From an uncultured Nitrososphaerales archaeon (GTDB taxonomy: Archaea; Thermoproteota; Nitrososphaeria; Nitrososphaerales; Nitrososphaeraceae): DNA of 64,000 nt. The stretch is taken from assembly GCA_963709405.1 (NCBI GenBank), contig CAVPXM010000060.1:32439-96438 (forward strand), in the 5' to 3' direction. Shown in pieces: positions 1 through 10,511 of the stretch (the stretch's first letter is position 1; each line of letters opens with the position of its first letter). The position numbers were made by a program, and so were the translations under genes. Under the pieces are notes generated by a model. It was given only the letters and a program-made list of their open reading frames with translations, had not been told where the DNA came from and searched no databases.

Positions 1-561
1 TCTTCCTATCCACTTCGATACATCTAGGTCCTTCGCTGAGTCTTTCCTCAGAGATTGTAATAGCTCAAGACTGATATTGAATACATCTATACCACGTGAA
101 GGGGGCTGAGAATAGCGTAGACCAATCTTTAAAGTCCTATGTCGTACCTCTACTGGATTCAATATCGATATTATTTGAAAATTCTGATCGCAGAGTATTA
201 TGTTACCATCTCTGAAAAATTCCAAGACAAGAAAATTTTGTTTACCGTCTAAATTGATAAACTTGATAATAACGATCCGTTCGTTATTTATCTGTTCTAT
301 TGAATCTATTTTGGTCCTTTCAAGTTCTCTCCTAAATGTGTCTATTAATGCACTTTCCTCAAGAGATTTAAATTTGAGCTTCGTTAGCCATATGCCCTGT
401 GTCGAAATCATTAAAATGATTTCTTTTTCCATTGGGTGATGCAACCTAAAAAGAAATGAGTTTTTCGTAACCGAATTGATAGAACTTACATAATAACCAG
501 ATTTTATGGTCTTATTGATTTCGTTGACAATATAAGGAAGCTCAATTCCCGATAGTTCCAT
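1..561 (-). CDS. NFACT/Rqc2 (fibronectin-binding protein A-like) ribosome quality-control protein, N-terminal part; runs off the window edge
   Basis: Not in the ORF track. Hand translation from ATG at 561 gives MELSGIELPYIVNEINKTIKSGYYVSSI...ERIVIIKF...LVLEFFRDGNIILCD...EVRHRTLKIGLRYSQPPSRG, a typical NFACT-N pattern. Confidence 0.85.
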   Translation of the reverse strand, partial: MELSGIELPYIVNEINKTIKSGYYVSSINSVTKNSFLFRLHHPMEKEIILMISTQGIWLTKLKFKSLEESALIDTFRRELERTKIDSIEQINNERIVIIKFINLDGKQNFLVLEFFRDGNIILCDQNFQIISILNPVEVRHRTLKIGLRYSQPPSRGIDVFNISLELLQSLRKDSAKDLDVSKWIGR

Positions 562-692
562 GTTTAATCCTGTTATGAATCTATCGCAAATATTAATCGA
601 AATGATATCTACAAATATGGTCGTATGCATTCAGAGACAGTTGAACCGCAAGGAATTAAACCGAGTGACATTTAATCAGAGAAGTAATATAA

Positions 693-989
693 TTGGATCC
701 GCTTGATCGAGTTTTCTATATGAGGGCAATTGTCGGTTTGATAGCAGGTATAATTACTGGATTCATAATTGTGCCTGGCACAAGCCAGGGAAACGCAGTA
801 GGAATAGCAGTTATGATGGCAGTATTTTTCTATATCATTTCTTATATGATAGGGAAGCGTTTAGCAGGAGGAGTACCTAGGAGCGAAAGACGAAAGCTCG
901 CCACAAACGGGATATTTCCGTTCATATTTCTATTATTAATGTTCATGATCTTTGTCTACACCGGCCTCCATCAGGGTCTTGCACGTTAA
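693..989 (+). CDS. Small 3-TM membrane protein, possibly archaeal EMC6-like
   Basis: 98 aa with three hydrophobic segments; divergent from the NFACT gene and directly upstream of cbiT. Confidence 0.6.
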   Translation: MDPLDRVFYMRAIVGLIAGIITGFIIVPGTSQGNAVGIAVMMAVFFYIISYMIGKRLAGGVPRSERRKLATNGIFPFIFLLLMFMIFVYTGLHQGLAR

Positions 990-1018
990 AATAGTTGTCC
1001 ATGACATTAGAAATTGCA

Positions 1019-1606
1019 ATGCCGTGGGATTTCTCGACTCCAGGTATTCCTGATGAGCTATTCGATAGGGATGAACTAGTCCCTATAACTAAGGAGGATG
1101 TAAGGTCTTTAGTCATCAGCAAACTACGCCTAAAAGAAGGGTTTTCTGCTATTGATATAGGCTGTGGCAGTGGAAGTATCACTGTCGAGCTTTGTATCCA
1201 GACAAAGAGCGAGAACATATATGCAATAGATTTTGATGAAAGAGCCATAGAATTAACAAACAGAAATCTCCAAAAATTTGGCCTCAAATCTAGAGTGATC
1301 TTGTCCAAGGCTGAGGATATTTTACCTTCCATCCCTGAAGTTGATGCGGTAGTTGTAGGTGGAACATGGGGTAACACGGAACAAATCATTGAAATGGCTA
1401 TCGAGAGATTGAAGGTAGGGGGAAGAATAGTTATCGATACTATCCTTATTGAAACTATGTATAAAGCCCTAACTGCATTTAACAGATCGGACTTGCATGA
1501 GGTTGATGTAACTCAGGTTATAATTGCCAAAGCAAGAAAAGTGAGTAAAGGAACCATGATGATTGCCAGAAATCCTGTTCTAATTCTTTCAGCTACTCGA
1601 AACTAA
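1019..1606 (+). CDS. cbiT: Cobalt-precorrin-6B C15-methyltransferase (decarboxylating)
   Basis: TPGIPDELF..VPITKEDVR and SAM motif DIGCGSGS, ending ARNPV. Start placed at ATG 1019, about 26 nt after TTAAAATA (986-993). Confidence 0.92.
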   Translation: MPWDFSTPGIPDELFDRDELVPITKEDVRSLVISKLRLKEGFSAIDIGCGSGSITVELCIQTKSENIYAIDFDERAIELTNRNLQKFGLKSRVILSKAEDILPSIPEVDAVVVGGTWGNTEQIIEMAIERLKVGGRIVIDTILIETMYKALTAFNRSDLHEVDVTQVIIAKARKVSKGTMMIARNPVLILSATRN

Positions 1607-1661
1607 CGAAATGCCAACAGGTGTTTTGATTTAAATAACTCAGTTTTTTAAATTCAGTCAG

Positions 1662-2384
1662 ATGAAACTCTTCTGTGTCGGATGTGGACCTGGCGATCCT
1701 GATTTACTTACCCTGAGAGCTATTAACCTAATAAAAAATGCAGATATAATTTTTGCACCTACAGCAAGAGATGGAAAGACCAGTATCGCGTTAACGGTGG
1801 TAAAAAAATACATAACAAAGTCAACCGACATCATTACTCTGACCTTCCCAATGCTAAAGGATATTGAAATATTAAAGAACCACTGGAAGCAGAATACTGA
1901 AGAAATAGTTAAAGCTGTTATATCGGGCAAGAGAGTTGTATATTTGACAATAGGGGACCCTGCACTCTATAGCACCTGGATATATATTCAAAGAGAATTA
2001 GAGAAATGGCATCCGGATATAGAAGTAGACATTGTCCCTGGTATCACTTCTTTTTCTGCGTTTGCAGCAAAGGCAAAGATCAGTCTTGCTGAAGGAGATC
2101 AAACTGTCGGAATAGTTCCTGCATGCTATGATTTAAGTAAAGTCAAACATGCTGCTGAATCCTGCGATACGCTAATATTTCTAAAGGATGGACGTTATTT
2201 TGATAGCGTGATCGAGATGCTGTCTCATGCAGGTTTCAAGGAGGACTCTGTTATTGCTATAGCTCAGGACCTGTCCTCGGAAGGTGAGGTAATGGTAATG
2301 AACAAGCTCGCGGATTTGCGGAAATCAAAAGGCACTACTCAAAAGTATTTCTCCGTGATGGTGGCTAAGAAAAGAAATGATTGA
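1662..2384 (+). CDS. cbiL: Precorrin-2 C20-methyltransferase
   Basis: VGCGPGDPDLLTLRA, LTIGDPALYST, VPGITSF; cobalamin cluster context. Confidence 0.92.
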   Translation: MKLFCVGCGPGDPDLLTLRAINLIKNADIIFAPTARDGKTSIALTVVKKYITKSTDIITLTFPMLKDIEILKNHWKQNTEEIVKAVISGKRVVYLTIGDPALYSTWIYIQRELEKWHPDIEVDIVPGITSFSAFAAKAKISLAEGDQTVGIVPACYDLSKVKHAAESCDTLIFLKDGRYFDSVIEMLSHAGFKEDSVIAIAQDLSSEGEVMVMNKLADLRKSKGTTQKYFSVMVAKKRND

Positions 2385-3153
2385 GTCTAGTACAGTTTAT
2401 TTTGTCGGATCTGGGCCAGGCGATCCCGACCTTATCACCTTAAAGGCTAAGAAGTTAGTAGAAATTGCAGATGTTATAGTTTATTCTGGTTCACTTTTAA
2501 ATCCAGAAATACTAGGATACGCAAAGAAACATGCCAAACTCGTTGACGCAGCTTTGATCGATAGAGAAAGAATTTACGAGATTCTTCGAGATTCAACTAG
2601 AGAAGGAAAGCTCGCTATACGTTTCCATGATGGTGATCCCGCAATATTTAGTACCATAAGGGAACAAATTGACAAACTTGAAAGAGATGGATTACATTGT
2701 AAGGTAGTTCCAGGAATAACTGCTTTACTTGCTGCCGCTTCAGAATTGAACACCGAACTCACTGTTCCTGGGATTACGCAGACGATTATAATAACAAGAG
2801 CAGAGTTAAGAACTCCGGTACCCAAAAGAGAGAGTATTGCTGAACTTGCAAAACATGGAGCAACAATTGCCTTTTACTTAAGCGTACATTTGATCGCCGA
2901 GGTTGTCAATGAGCTTCTCAAAGGAGGGACATATAGTAATGAGACACCTGCTGCTGTAATATTTAGGGCAACATGGAAAGATCAAAAAATCATAAAGGGT
3001 ACGCTGGGCGACATTGCGTATAAAACAAAGGAAGCTAGAATAACCAAGACGGCGGTTGTGATCGTAGGAGAGGCCCTCTTGCCTAGAAAATACGAATTTT
3101 CAAAAGTATATGATCCGGGCTTCACACACGGTTTTAGAAAAGCTACAAACTGA
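2377..3153 (+). CDS. cbiF: Precorrin-4 C11-methyltransferase
   Basis: VYFVGSGPGDPDLIT, RFHDGDP, ELTVPGITQTIIITR, C-terminal SKVYDPGFTHGFR; overlaps the cbiL stop. Confidence 0.93.
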   Translation: MIESSTVYFVGSGPGDPDLITLKAKKLVEIADVIVYSGSLLNPEILGYAKKHAKLVDAALIDRERIYEILRDSTREGKLAIRFHDGDPAIFSTIREQIDKLERDGLHCKVVPGITALLAAASELNTELTVPGITQTIIITRAELRTPVPKRESIAELAKHGATIAFYLSVHLIAEVVNELLKGGTYSNETPAAVIFRATWKDQKIIKGTLGDIAYKTKEARITKTAVVIVGEALLPRKYEFSKVYDPGFTHGFRKATN

Positions 3154-3248
3154 TGATTTTGATCCTTGTTTGGATATGATTTAAATTTTAATCCATTACC
3201 GCTTCCAAGTCATTATCAACTAGAATTATGAATAGATGGAGGATTTTG

Positions 3249-3518
3249 CTACGATACAATAGCCTTTTGATCTTCAACAAAAGACATCAAGCGCGCAGTT
3301 ATTCTATCTGAAATTGCGAATAACGCAAAATGCAAGCCGAAGCCTATTAAAGCGCTGACTAGTATATTAGATGTAATATCATAACAGCCCATGAATAATC
3401 CAATAGGAGGGAGAGCCAAAATCAATGCTAATGACGTGCTAACCCAAACAGATTTTGTCATTAGCTCAGGAGTTATATTTTCATATTTTTTAGAGAACAA
3501 AAGTCTTGATCTATTCAA
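3249..3518 (-). CDS. Small 2-TM membrane protein
   Basis: Two hydrophobic helices; resembles 4407..4652 (STxLAxIxxxP ... IS.RI/L). Confidence 0.65.
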   Translation of the reverse strand: MNRSRLLFSKKYENITPELMTKSVWVSTSLALILALPPIGLFMGCYDITSNILVSALIGFGLHFALFAISDRITARLMSFVEDQKAIVS

Positions 3519-3823
3519 TAACTACGCATACAATAGCGAATGATAGGGACATATTAACATTAACATAATAATTCTCATAATTTATATTATCATAATTGAA
3601 TGAAATTATGCCATAAGCGAATTATATTGCAAATTATAAATTTTGAGGCATTTTATGTTAAAATATTATATACTTTAATAAATGACCGATCTATCATGAA
3701 AATACTATTAGATAAAATATTGCTAATTATGAACATTTTTTGATAAAAAACTTCATATTTAGAAATTTTTTATTAATATGTTATTAGTTAATTTTATTTA
3801 ACTGTTAGTGTTTACTAAATAAG

Positions 3824-4300
3824 ATGGATCCTTTAATGCAAGAAAACATACTCAACAAGAGACATAATAATTTGTTAGATATGTTTGAAAGAGACGTCGC
3901 CCCATGCGACAAGATCTCTGAACTTTCAATGGTAATGACTCCAGTAGGTATCATCTCTTCGATCTTAGTTCCACTCTTGTTATACCGGCTTTTAGTTCAT
4001 GGTAATCCATATACTGCTATTACTGTTTTTCCATATTTTTATTTGGTCGTCGGTGGCATATTGACTACGTTGCTGTTAACTAGATCAGCCATAGTATATG
4101 CTGATCACAAGAAACATCAAATATCTAGGACAATATATCGACCTATTACCGGTTTTTGTATGTGTGATCTTAGTATGCTTCGGTCGCATACAAAAAAAGT
4201 GGAAGGAGCTAGAACAATTGGAGAAAGAATAAGATATGTAAAACTTGTAAACTATTATACTGACAAAATCATACGAGAGCGGGACATCATAAATAAGTAA
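3824..4300 (+). CDS. Hypothetical 2-TM membrane protein with CxC motif
   Basis: 158-aa ORF, two TM segments, FCMCDL motif. Confidence 0.65.
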   Translation: MDPLMQENILNKRHNNLLDMFERDVAPCDKISELSMVMTPVGIISSILVPLLLYRLLVHGNPYTAITVFPYFYLVVGGILTTLLLTRSAIVYADHKKHQISRTIYRPITGFCMCDLSMLRSHTKKVEGARTIGERIRYVKLVNYYTDKIIRERDIINK

Positions 4301-4406
4301 CGATAGTCTGATATCTGGCTTTTCTTCAGTTAACTTGATCCTTGTATGCTTAAGTATGCTAATTTACATTTTAGTGCCAAGTTTGCATAAGGAGTAGATA
4401 TCAGTT

Positions 4407-4652
4407 TTGAACGACGACCTTAATAAATCGGCCAAGATGAGTGTAACAAAAATATTTGCATTATCCACACTCCTTGCAGTTATTATTACAGTTCCTGCTA
4501 TAGTTCTAACGTTACTGCTTCTTTATGTCGCAAAATTGAATACTGTAACGACAATGATAATAGGTATTTTGACGTTTCTTGCTACCATGGGTTTTGGATT
4601 CAAGATTTCTAAACGGCTGATCCCCGGTGATAAGAGTACTATAGATATGTGA
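4407..4652 (+). CDS. Small 2-TM membrane protein
   Basis: Two hydrophobic helices; start may be ATG 4437. Confidence 0.65.
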   Translation: MNDDLNKSAKMSVTKIFALSTLLAVIITVPAIVLTLLLLYVAKLNTVTTMIIGILTFLATMGFGFKISKRLIPGDKSTIDM

Positions 4653-5101
4653 AGAATAGAACAACGCGTTGAAAATTAGATCGATCTATTTTCAGTGCTA
4701 CAACCGACGTTTGTCTTGGACGAGGTATCAATTAATTTTGATATGCATCTAACACGTTGATTAATTTGAAGGATCGCCTACTGGTGCATAGAACACAGAC
4801 ACGAAGAGCAAAACGGATAATAAATAATTCATAATTGGTATCCTATGGAGCCTGGGTTTAGGTAAAAGTGGCCCCAGGATTGCTCGCTTTACCTTTAAGT
4901 TATGAATGAAATCTGAAGGAGTAAAACACTCCATTTCGTTTGCAAATTCTTGCTATTTAAATAAAAGATTAGAAACCAGGTTTTGCATTCATTAGGTCCG
5001 GAAATGCGACTCTTCCATACAGAAAACTGTTCATTTAGATAATAGAGATGGAATGATAACACAAACGCTTAAAAAGCATCGTATTTTAATATTGGCTTAC
5101 T

Positions 5102-5365
5102 ATGACATTACCAAAAGGATTCGGTCAGCAACCAAAAAGTGTGGGGAAAAGGAGTTTTAATGATTGGTGGGCTACTGTGCCAGACGATCTCAGAACTAAG
5201 AGTCGAAAAGGCGATGAACAGAACAAACCGTTGCTAAATCAAGTTAACTATGTTCTTCTACATCTCCATTTGGCTGGAAAACACGACGCGAAGCCCAGTC
5301 ACGAAGAGCTGAAAGATTGGCTCCACAGTGGCCAGGTAGATGTACTCCGAATGACTAAGAAGTAG
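5102..5365 (+). CDS. Hypothetical protein (MTLPKGFG N-terminus)
   Basis: 87-aa ORF with protein-like composition; CTTAAAAAG TATA-like box about 25 nt upstream. Confidence 0.75.
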   Translation: MTLPKGFGQQPKSVGKRSFNDWWATVPDDLRTKSRKGDEQNKPLLNQVNYVLLHLHLAGKHDAKPSHEELKDWLHSGQVDVLRMTKK

Positions 5366-6177
5366 ATCAAAATGAACCACTAGGGTAAACTGGATATCAT
5401 TCTACATTTTTTATGGTACTCGCGATTTAGGTACAAAGCATTTCTCTGATGGATCATGTCTGAAAATCCTGACATTAGAATTATTTGTTTGCTAGTACGA
5501 GTTGTTGTTAAGTGTGCATTCTCTAACAAGATCGTTAGGAAGCGCAGCTAAGTTGCAGTCCTATAAAACTTTAGATGCCCACGATTACTTATTGAAAAAT
5601 ATAGTTGATAGCAAATCATGATTCTGGCTTCACAAATAGATAAGGATCAGTATTAATGCATGACTCTACGACAAGGAAGTTTGGAGACTAGATGTGTCAT
5701 TGTGTGATATCATTTTAAAAAAATGGCAACAATGCCTTGAGCATTAAAGATCTATTTGTCTAGACGATAAGTATCAAATATTTCCCCATTTCATGTTGAA
5801 TGGGTAAATAATAGTTAAAGACCTATTTCATATACTATTCAAAATATTCATTTCTTACATATCAAGACGACTTAACTGATTACTCACTCAAACCCTTTAT
5901 TTGGTTTTAGATGCAAGTTCAGATTAAATATCGACAGTGATAGGGTGCAAGAAAGTATTGACAATAACTAATTCGAAAAATAACGTAAACGATTAACACG
6001 AATTTTATGCCTTCTGATTCATCCAATATACCTATAGATAAGAAAATTCAGGTATAAAATTACAGCACTAATATCCTTAAATCAAATATAATCACTATTG
6101 TTATTTGAACTTGAAGCAGTACGATTCAATATTATCATTCTCATTACTTTTCGAAGGTTGAAATAAGTAATGTATAT

Positions 6178-6564
6178 TTGAATATGTGTTTACCTATTTT
6201 CTTTATTTTGATAAACGCTCAACTGTCTATGCAATATACAACTGGCAATGCTTATGCAGAGACCTGTTTCAATCATAATATTAGTAATGGCGATGGTGAT
6301 GTTAATATTGAAACCAGTACTCAATCCTCATGCGATAATTCTCAGGCCCAGTTGCATAATAATCAAAATGGTGAAAATTTGGTTATAGGATTTTCAAAAG
6401 CTAGTGGCAATAACGCTTGGAATCATATTGATTTATCTTCTACTTCCTCAAATAATCAAAAATCAAATAGTTACGATGGCCATAATTACAAAGGTGAAAT
6501 AAAGAACAATATGGATAAAAATAGCAAGAGTAGTGACACTCCGTTTACCTTACCATTCCCGTAG
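6178..6564 (+). CDS. Secreted Asn/Ser-rich hypothetical protein ending in TPFTLPFP
   Basis: Hydrophobic N-terminus with AYA signal-peptidase-like site, low-complexity body. Confidence 0.55.
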   Translation: MNMCLPIFFILINAQLSMQYTTGNAYAETCFNHNISNGDGDVNIETSTQSSCDNSQAQLHNNQNGENLVIGFSKASGNNAWNHIDLSSTSSNNQKSNSYDGHNYKGEIKNNMDKNSKSSDTPFTLPFP

Positions 6565-6574
6565 TATATGGTCT

Positions 6575-6907
6575 TCTTGGACCAAACCTATTATTTAGTC
6601 TCAGTTCAAGAATAATCTTTTCCAGTTCTTCGGTTACCCTTCACATTTTTGATATTATGTGGCTTTCTTGATTGGTTTTTTAATCCATCTAGGCCATATG
6701 CATCATATCGTCTCTTCCATTTGTACCATGTTTCTCTCGAAACTCCAAACGCGATGCAAACATCCGATATAGTCTTACCTGAACGTTCAGGCTCAATTAT
6801 CATTCTATACCTATTTTCTATTATATCCATTTGTTATTACACTCCAAGACTGGAGTGTCAACTATGTTAGGAAGCTAAAATGTCAACCATGTGTGGAAGC
6901 GAGCACA
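6575..6907 (-). mobile_element. Truncated IS481-family element (left end plus HTH part of the transposase)
   Basis: ORF 6606..6830 has VCIAFGVSRETWYKWKRRYDAYGLDGLKNQSRKPH and continues after a frameshift as VTEELEKIILELRLNNRFGPRR. The end begins TGT at 6907 (minus) with two tandem GCTTCC..ACAT.GTTGACA repeats. Confidence 0.8.
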
Positions 6908-7294
6908 GTTTTAAGTATCATTGCCTTGTCTGGTTTCGCATTATTTTCTTAAGTAATATACTGATAATACCATTAAAATCCATCCTGGCTCAAGATATAT
7001 CTCAACACGAATAGAATCATACCAATGTCACCGAGAAATCATACGATATTATCTGGCAGGTACTACGATTCAATTCGAATGACTTAACTATTTCAAAGTA
7101 ACCTTAGAGTCTAGCAATTGTATTAATGAATGTTCTCATTTTAAAGTCACTTTAACTTAGTATGATTAATGATTGTTGTACCAACAAATCATAGAATATT
7201 GAGTTTGTATCTCGAATTACAAAACATTAGAGATGAGGTATGTCCTATCAAGAATTTATTTACTAAATCTCTTACTACAAGGCCATTAATTCTA

Positions 7295-8347
7295 CTATTC
7301 CGGTCTTATCAGCCTTGTTAGGATGGTCTCTGGGGGTACCATTTGCTCGAATCCCTGCTGCTATGGCAGATATATTTCTGACCTCAATTATCATCAGCTT
7401 TATAGCAGCAACCATAATTCCCACACTAAACATTGAGCGAAAAGCTCCTATTACGCTACGTACACTCATTGCTTCAAAATTTGTCTCTAGCTGCATAATG
7501 AACTCAATATCATTTGAAGCGCTTGCTGGAATTATGTCTTTATACACTGTATTGGCAAGTTCCCCTACAGCCTCAGATATCTTTTCATCGTTAATCATCT
7601 TCTGAAGAAGATCTCTTGGAACCTTAGGTGTAGTAGTCACTATCAAGTCCGTTATATCCGATGAGCTAAGACCCCAAAACTTGCCTCTCAGGATGGCAAG
7701 GATGTTATAAGAATCTATATCAACTGAGGCGATTTTTTTTGCATCAATAGACTGCGATTCTGCATTCATGGCCCTCCCCAAGTCATGGTAAAAGACATGA
7801 TCAAGATAAATATCGAACAATCTTAGGTCACCTTTTTCTTTATACGCTGCTGCGGCTTTAGACGCATCTTCAGCAAACTCGCTCCCGCAGTAGCTGCTAT
7901 GGCTTCATCCAAATTCTTGGCAACTAGCGCCTTTACAAGGATATCTCTCCTACCCACGAGCTCCTCAGCTCGAAGATTTACTTTAGACAACAATTCTTCA
8001 TAAGATTTTCCTAGAGCCTTTCCCTTCAAGACTATTTTTAAATTCCAAATTATGTATTTCACAAAATAAGCATTTAGAATTCCTGAACCACCGGTAATGC
8101 TAACCATTTTAGCGTGACTATTTACCAAATACTCTCTCAGCGCTCCTTCAATTTTTTCAGCAGTATATGGCTTAACCAATTTTGCGAACGCATCCAAGTA
8201 AACAGTGTTCTTTATTCTAGTAACCAACTCATCCATGTCGCGAGATTCCGCGAGCGTTTGTAATTCGCTTTTCGAAAGCATCCTGCCTCTTATACCATGT
8301 GAAAGTACCGTACCGAAAATCTTGGCGGGAAAACTGATCTTGCTCAT
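7295..8347 (-). CDS. atpC: A/V-type ATP synthase subunit C (split by frameshifts near 7860 and 7350)
   Basis: GIRGRMLSKSELQTLAESRDMDELVTRIKNTVY, WNLKIVLKGK, DIDSYNILAILRGKFWGL, EVRNISAIAAG spread over ORFs 7823..8347 and 7275..7820. Confidence 0.85.
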
Positions 8348-8504
8348 ATCAAGCTAGTAACCAAGGTTTTGATCCTTTAACCTATATAAGAATCTTAATT
8401 CAGTGCATGGTTAAGTGAATCGAGATTTAGCGATTAGTGAGGAGAAACATCATAGATTGTCTGTGCACTATTTCACATTGATATTCTTTCAATCTCATTT
8501 CTTT

Positions 8505-8768
8505 CTACTGACGTCCATGCTCCCATACCAGATTGATCCCCCCATCATGTTTACCCATAATTTCGCTAACTATTATTTCACGTGCAGACATTGGCGGCCA
8601 CACCATTGCTACATATTCTCCTGCTTCTCCAGCCTTGTCAAGATTAGCAAATTGCATGCGTTCTGATTTGAACCCATTGGATACTAGTTTTTCTCTAACT
8701 TTTTCTTCCAGTTGCTTTTGGCCATGAACAATCAGATAGATAGTTTTAGTGTGATCTACGTTTATCAT
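8505..8768 (-). CDS. Hypothetical protein
   Basis: 87-aa ATG ORF with globular composition, divergent from 8842. Confidence 0.7.
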   Translation of the reverse strand: MINVDHTKTIYLIVHGQKQLEEKVREKLVSNGFKSERMQFANLDKAGEAGEYVAMVWPPMSAREIIVSEIMGKHDGGINLVWEHGRQ

Positions 8769-8841
8769 GCGTATTTAATTGAGTCAACTGATGCATTCAT
8801 AATGTATAAACGTGTTGGTATTGTGAACTGATTCATTACTT

Positions 8842-9423
8842 ATGAGCGTTGTAAGCGACTGCTATATGAATATGATTCTTCCAGAAGATATCTCGATCAG
8901 GATAAGGAATTTTGTAATGGGAGAACAGGATTTTCCCTATATCAAAGAAAGTGAGTTAGCATGTATATTATATGTCTATGGTAAAGATCACAAAGTTAAA
9001 ACTGAATTGGGTGTCAAGGAAGCAGTCGATCTTGCTGAGCGTACAGCTGCAAACTTTGCTAAAGAAATTGAATATTATAAAAATTCAATAACAAGATTCG
9101 ATTCAGAAGTTATCAAGAGTAAATATATTAGAAGGGAATTACAAATACTGCAAGATCATCACATTTCCAAACCTCAAATATGGAACGATCCTACCATTTT
9201 ATCAGATTCTTTTGCGCGGCATATTTCATTCTATAGACAGGAATATTTTTTTCAGGTATATGGTCCACTAAAGGAATCTGAACTGTTAATGGATATACGA
9301 GAGAATCTGGTTGACAGGATAGTGATGATAGGCTTTAATAGAAAAGACGAGAGTGCAATCCCTTTTCAACATCCAATGATACCTGCATATATTTGGTTCA
9401 GAGATAATATGAAGCATAAATGA
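8842..9423 (+). CDS. Hypothetical protein
   Basis: 193-aa ORF with no recognised motif. Confidence 0.75.
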   Translation: MSVVSDCYMNMILPEDISIRIRNFVMGEQDFPYIKESELACILYVYGKDHKVKTELGVKEAVDLAERTAANFAKEIEYYKNSITRFDSEVIKSKYIRRELQILQDHHISKPQIWNDPTILSDSFARHISFYRQEYFFQVYGPLKESELLMDIRENLVDRIVMIGFNRKDESAIPFQHPMIPAYIWFRDNMKHK

Positions 9424-9566
9424 ACAGTTATGTGATTAGATATATTGGTAGTATCATTTCTCTCCCAACTCGTAGAAGGTGCAATTTTTCTATTATAGTA
9501 GGTAATCTAATAGTGTTTCCATTATTGACGTCGCATCTTAATTGGGTTTAGGCAAAATTACGACAC

Positions 9567-10421
9567 TTGCCGACGGATGACTGGCATAACTATATGTACG
9601 TAAAAAATCCTTTACCAGTATTATTGTTAAATAATCCTATAGCGGTGTTTGACTCTGGTATTGGCTCTTTGTCAATAGTACGGGAGCTGAGGAAAGTAAT
9701 TCCCAGCGAGAATTTGTTGTACTTGGCAGATAAGTCTAATTTTCCGTATGGCAGCAAGTCACACAAGGATCTGCTTGACATTATATTTCGGACGATCAAA
9801 TACCTTAGTCGATACAGACCCAAATTGGTCATCATCGCATCCAATACACCTTCTATTCAAGTATTAGACGAAGTTAGGAAAAGAGTAGATCTCTCAATAA
9901 TAGGCGTAAGGCCCCCGTTAAGACAAGCTTGCATGTTAACGAAGAAAAAGCATATCGGTATAATGGCAACTGCAGGAGCGCTGAAAAGCAACGGACTGGA
10001 AAGCCTAATTCGAAAAGAAGTCCCACAAAACATATTCATCACTAAAATTAATGCCTCAGCAGTAATTCAATTAATTGAAAATGGCACTTACCTAACAAAT
10101 GAAAAGCTAACTTTTAAGACGCTATTGCAAATAGTCGGAGACGAGCTTGATGATAAAATTGACGTCATAACTTTATCAAGCACTCATCTTCCATTTGTAA
10201 AAAATTACCTTGTTGCTTTGTTGCCTAAAGTCAAATTTCTTGATCCTGCTAAGATAGTGGCACAAGAGGTGAGAAAATCTCTAAAGTTTAATAGAATGTT
10301 AAGAAAGAGCGGCAATGGACAATTAGAAATCCAAGTTTCAGATGGAAAAAGGGAATTTGAGAGAATCCTCCACGCAATGGATATACGAGAGCCAATAAGA
10401 GAGGTCTTTCTACCTACGTAA
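9567..10421 (+). CDS. murI: Glutamate racemase-like protein (Asp/Glu racemase family)
   Basis: IAVFDSGIGSLSI, NFPYGSKS, ASNTPS, LSSTHLPF. The true start is probably further downstream. Confidence 0.85.
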   Translation: MPTDDWHNYMYVKNPLPVLLLNNPIAVFDSGIGSLSIVRELRKVIPSENLLYLADKSNFPYGSKSHKDLLDIIFRTIKYLSRYRPKLVIIASNTPSIQVLDEVRKRVDLSIIGVRPPLRQACMLTKKKHIGIMATAGALKSNGLESLIRKEVPQNIFITKINASAVIQLIENGTYLTNEKLTFKTLLQIVGDELDDKIDVITLSSTHLPFVKNYLVALLPKVKFLDPAKIVAQEVRKSLKFNRMLRKSGNGQLEIQVSDGKREFERILHAMDIREPIREVFLPT

Positions 10422-10486
10422 TATTATTTTGCAGATTTAGAAGGGATTTTCAGATATCGTTTAAATAATCGACCCTGGTTCTTGAA

Positions 10487-10500
10487 TTAGGCACACCTAA
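10487..10500. promoter_or_regulatory. TTAGG-N4-CCTAA operator (DtxR/MntR-like) between TATA box and hydantoinase start
   Basis: TTAGGCACACCTAA, downstream of CGTTTAAATA (10458-10467). Confidence 0.6.
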
Positions 10501-10511
10501 CGGTCTTTGGT

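Noticed and set aside
4912-4940. CTGAAGGAGT...ACTCC hairpin as a hammerhead ribozyme core
   Set aside because: Lacks the exact CUGANGA and the GAAA after stem II.
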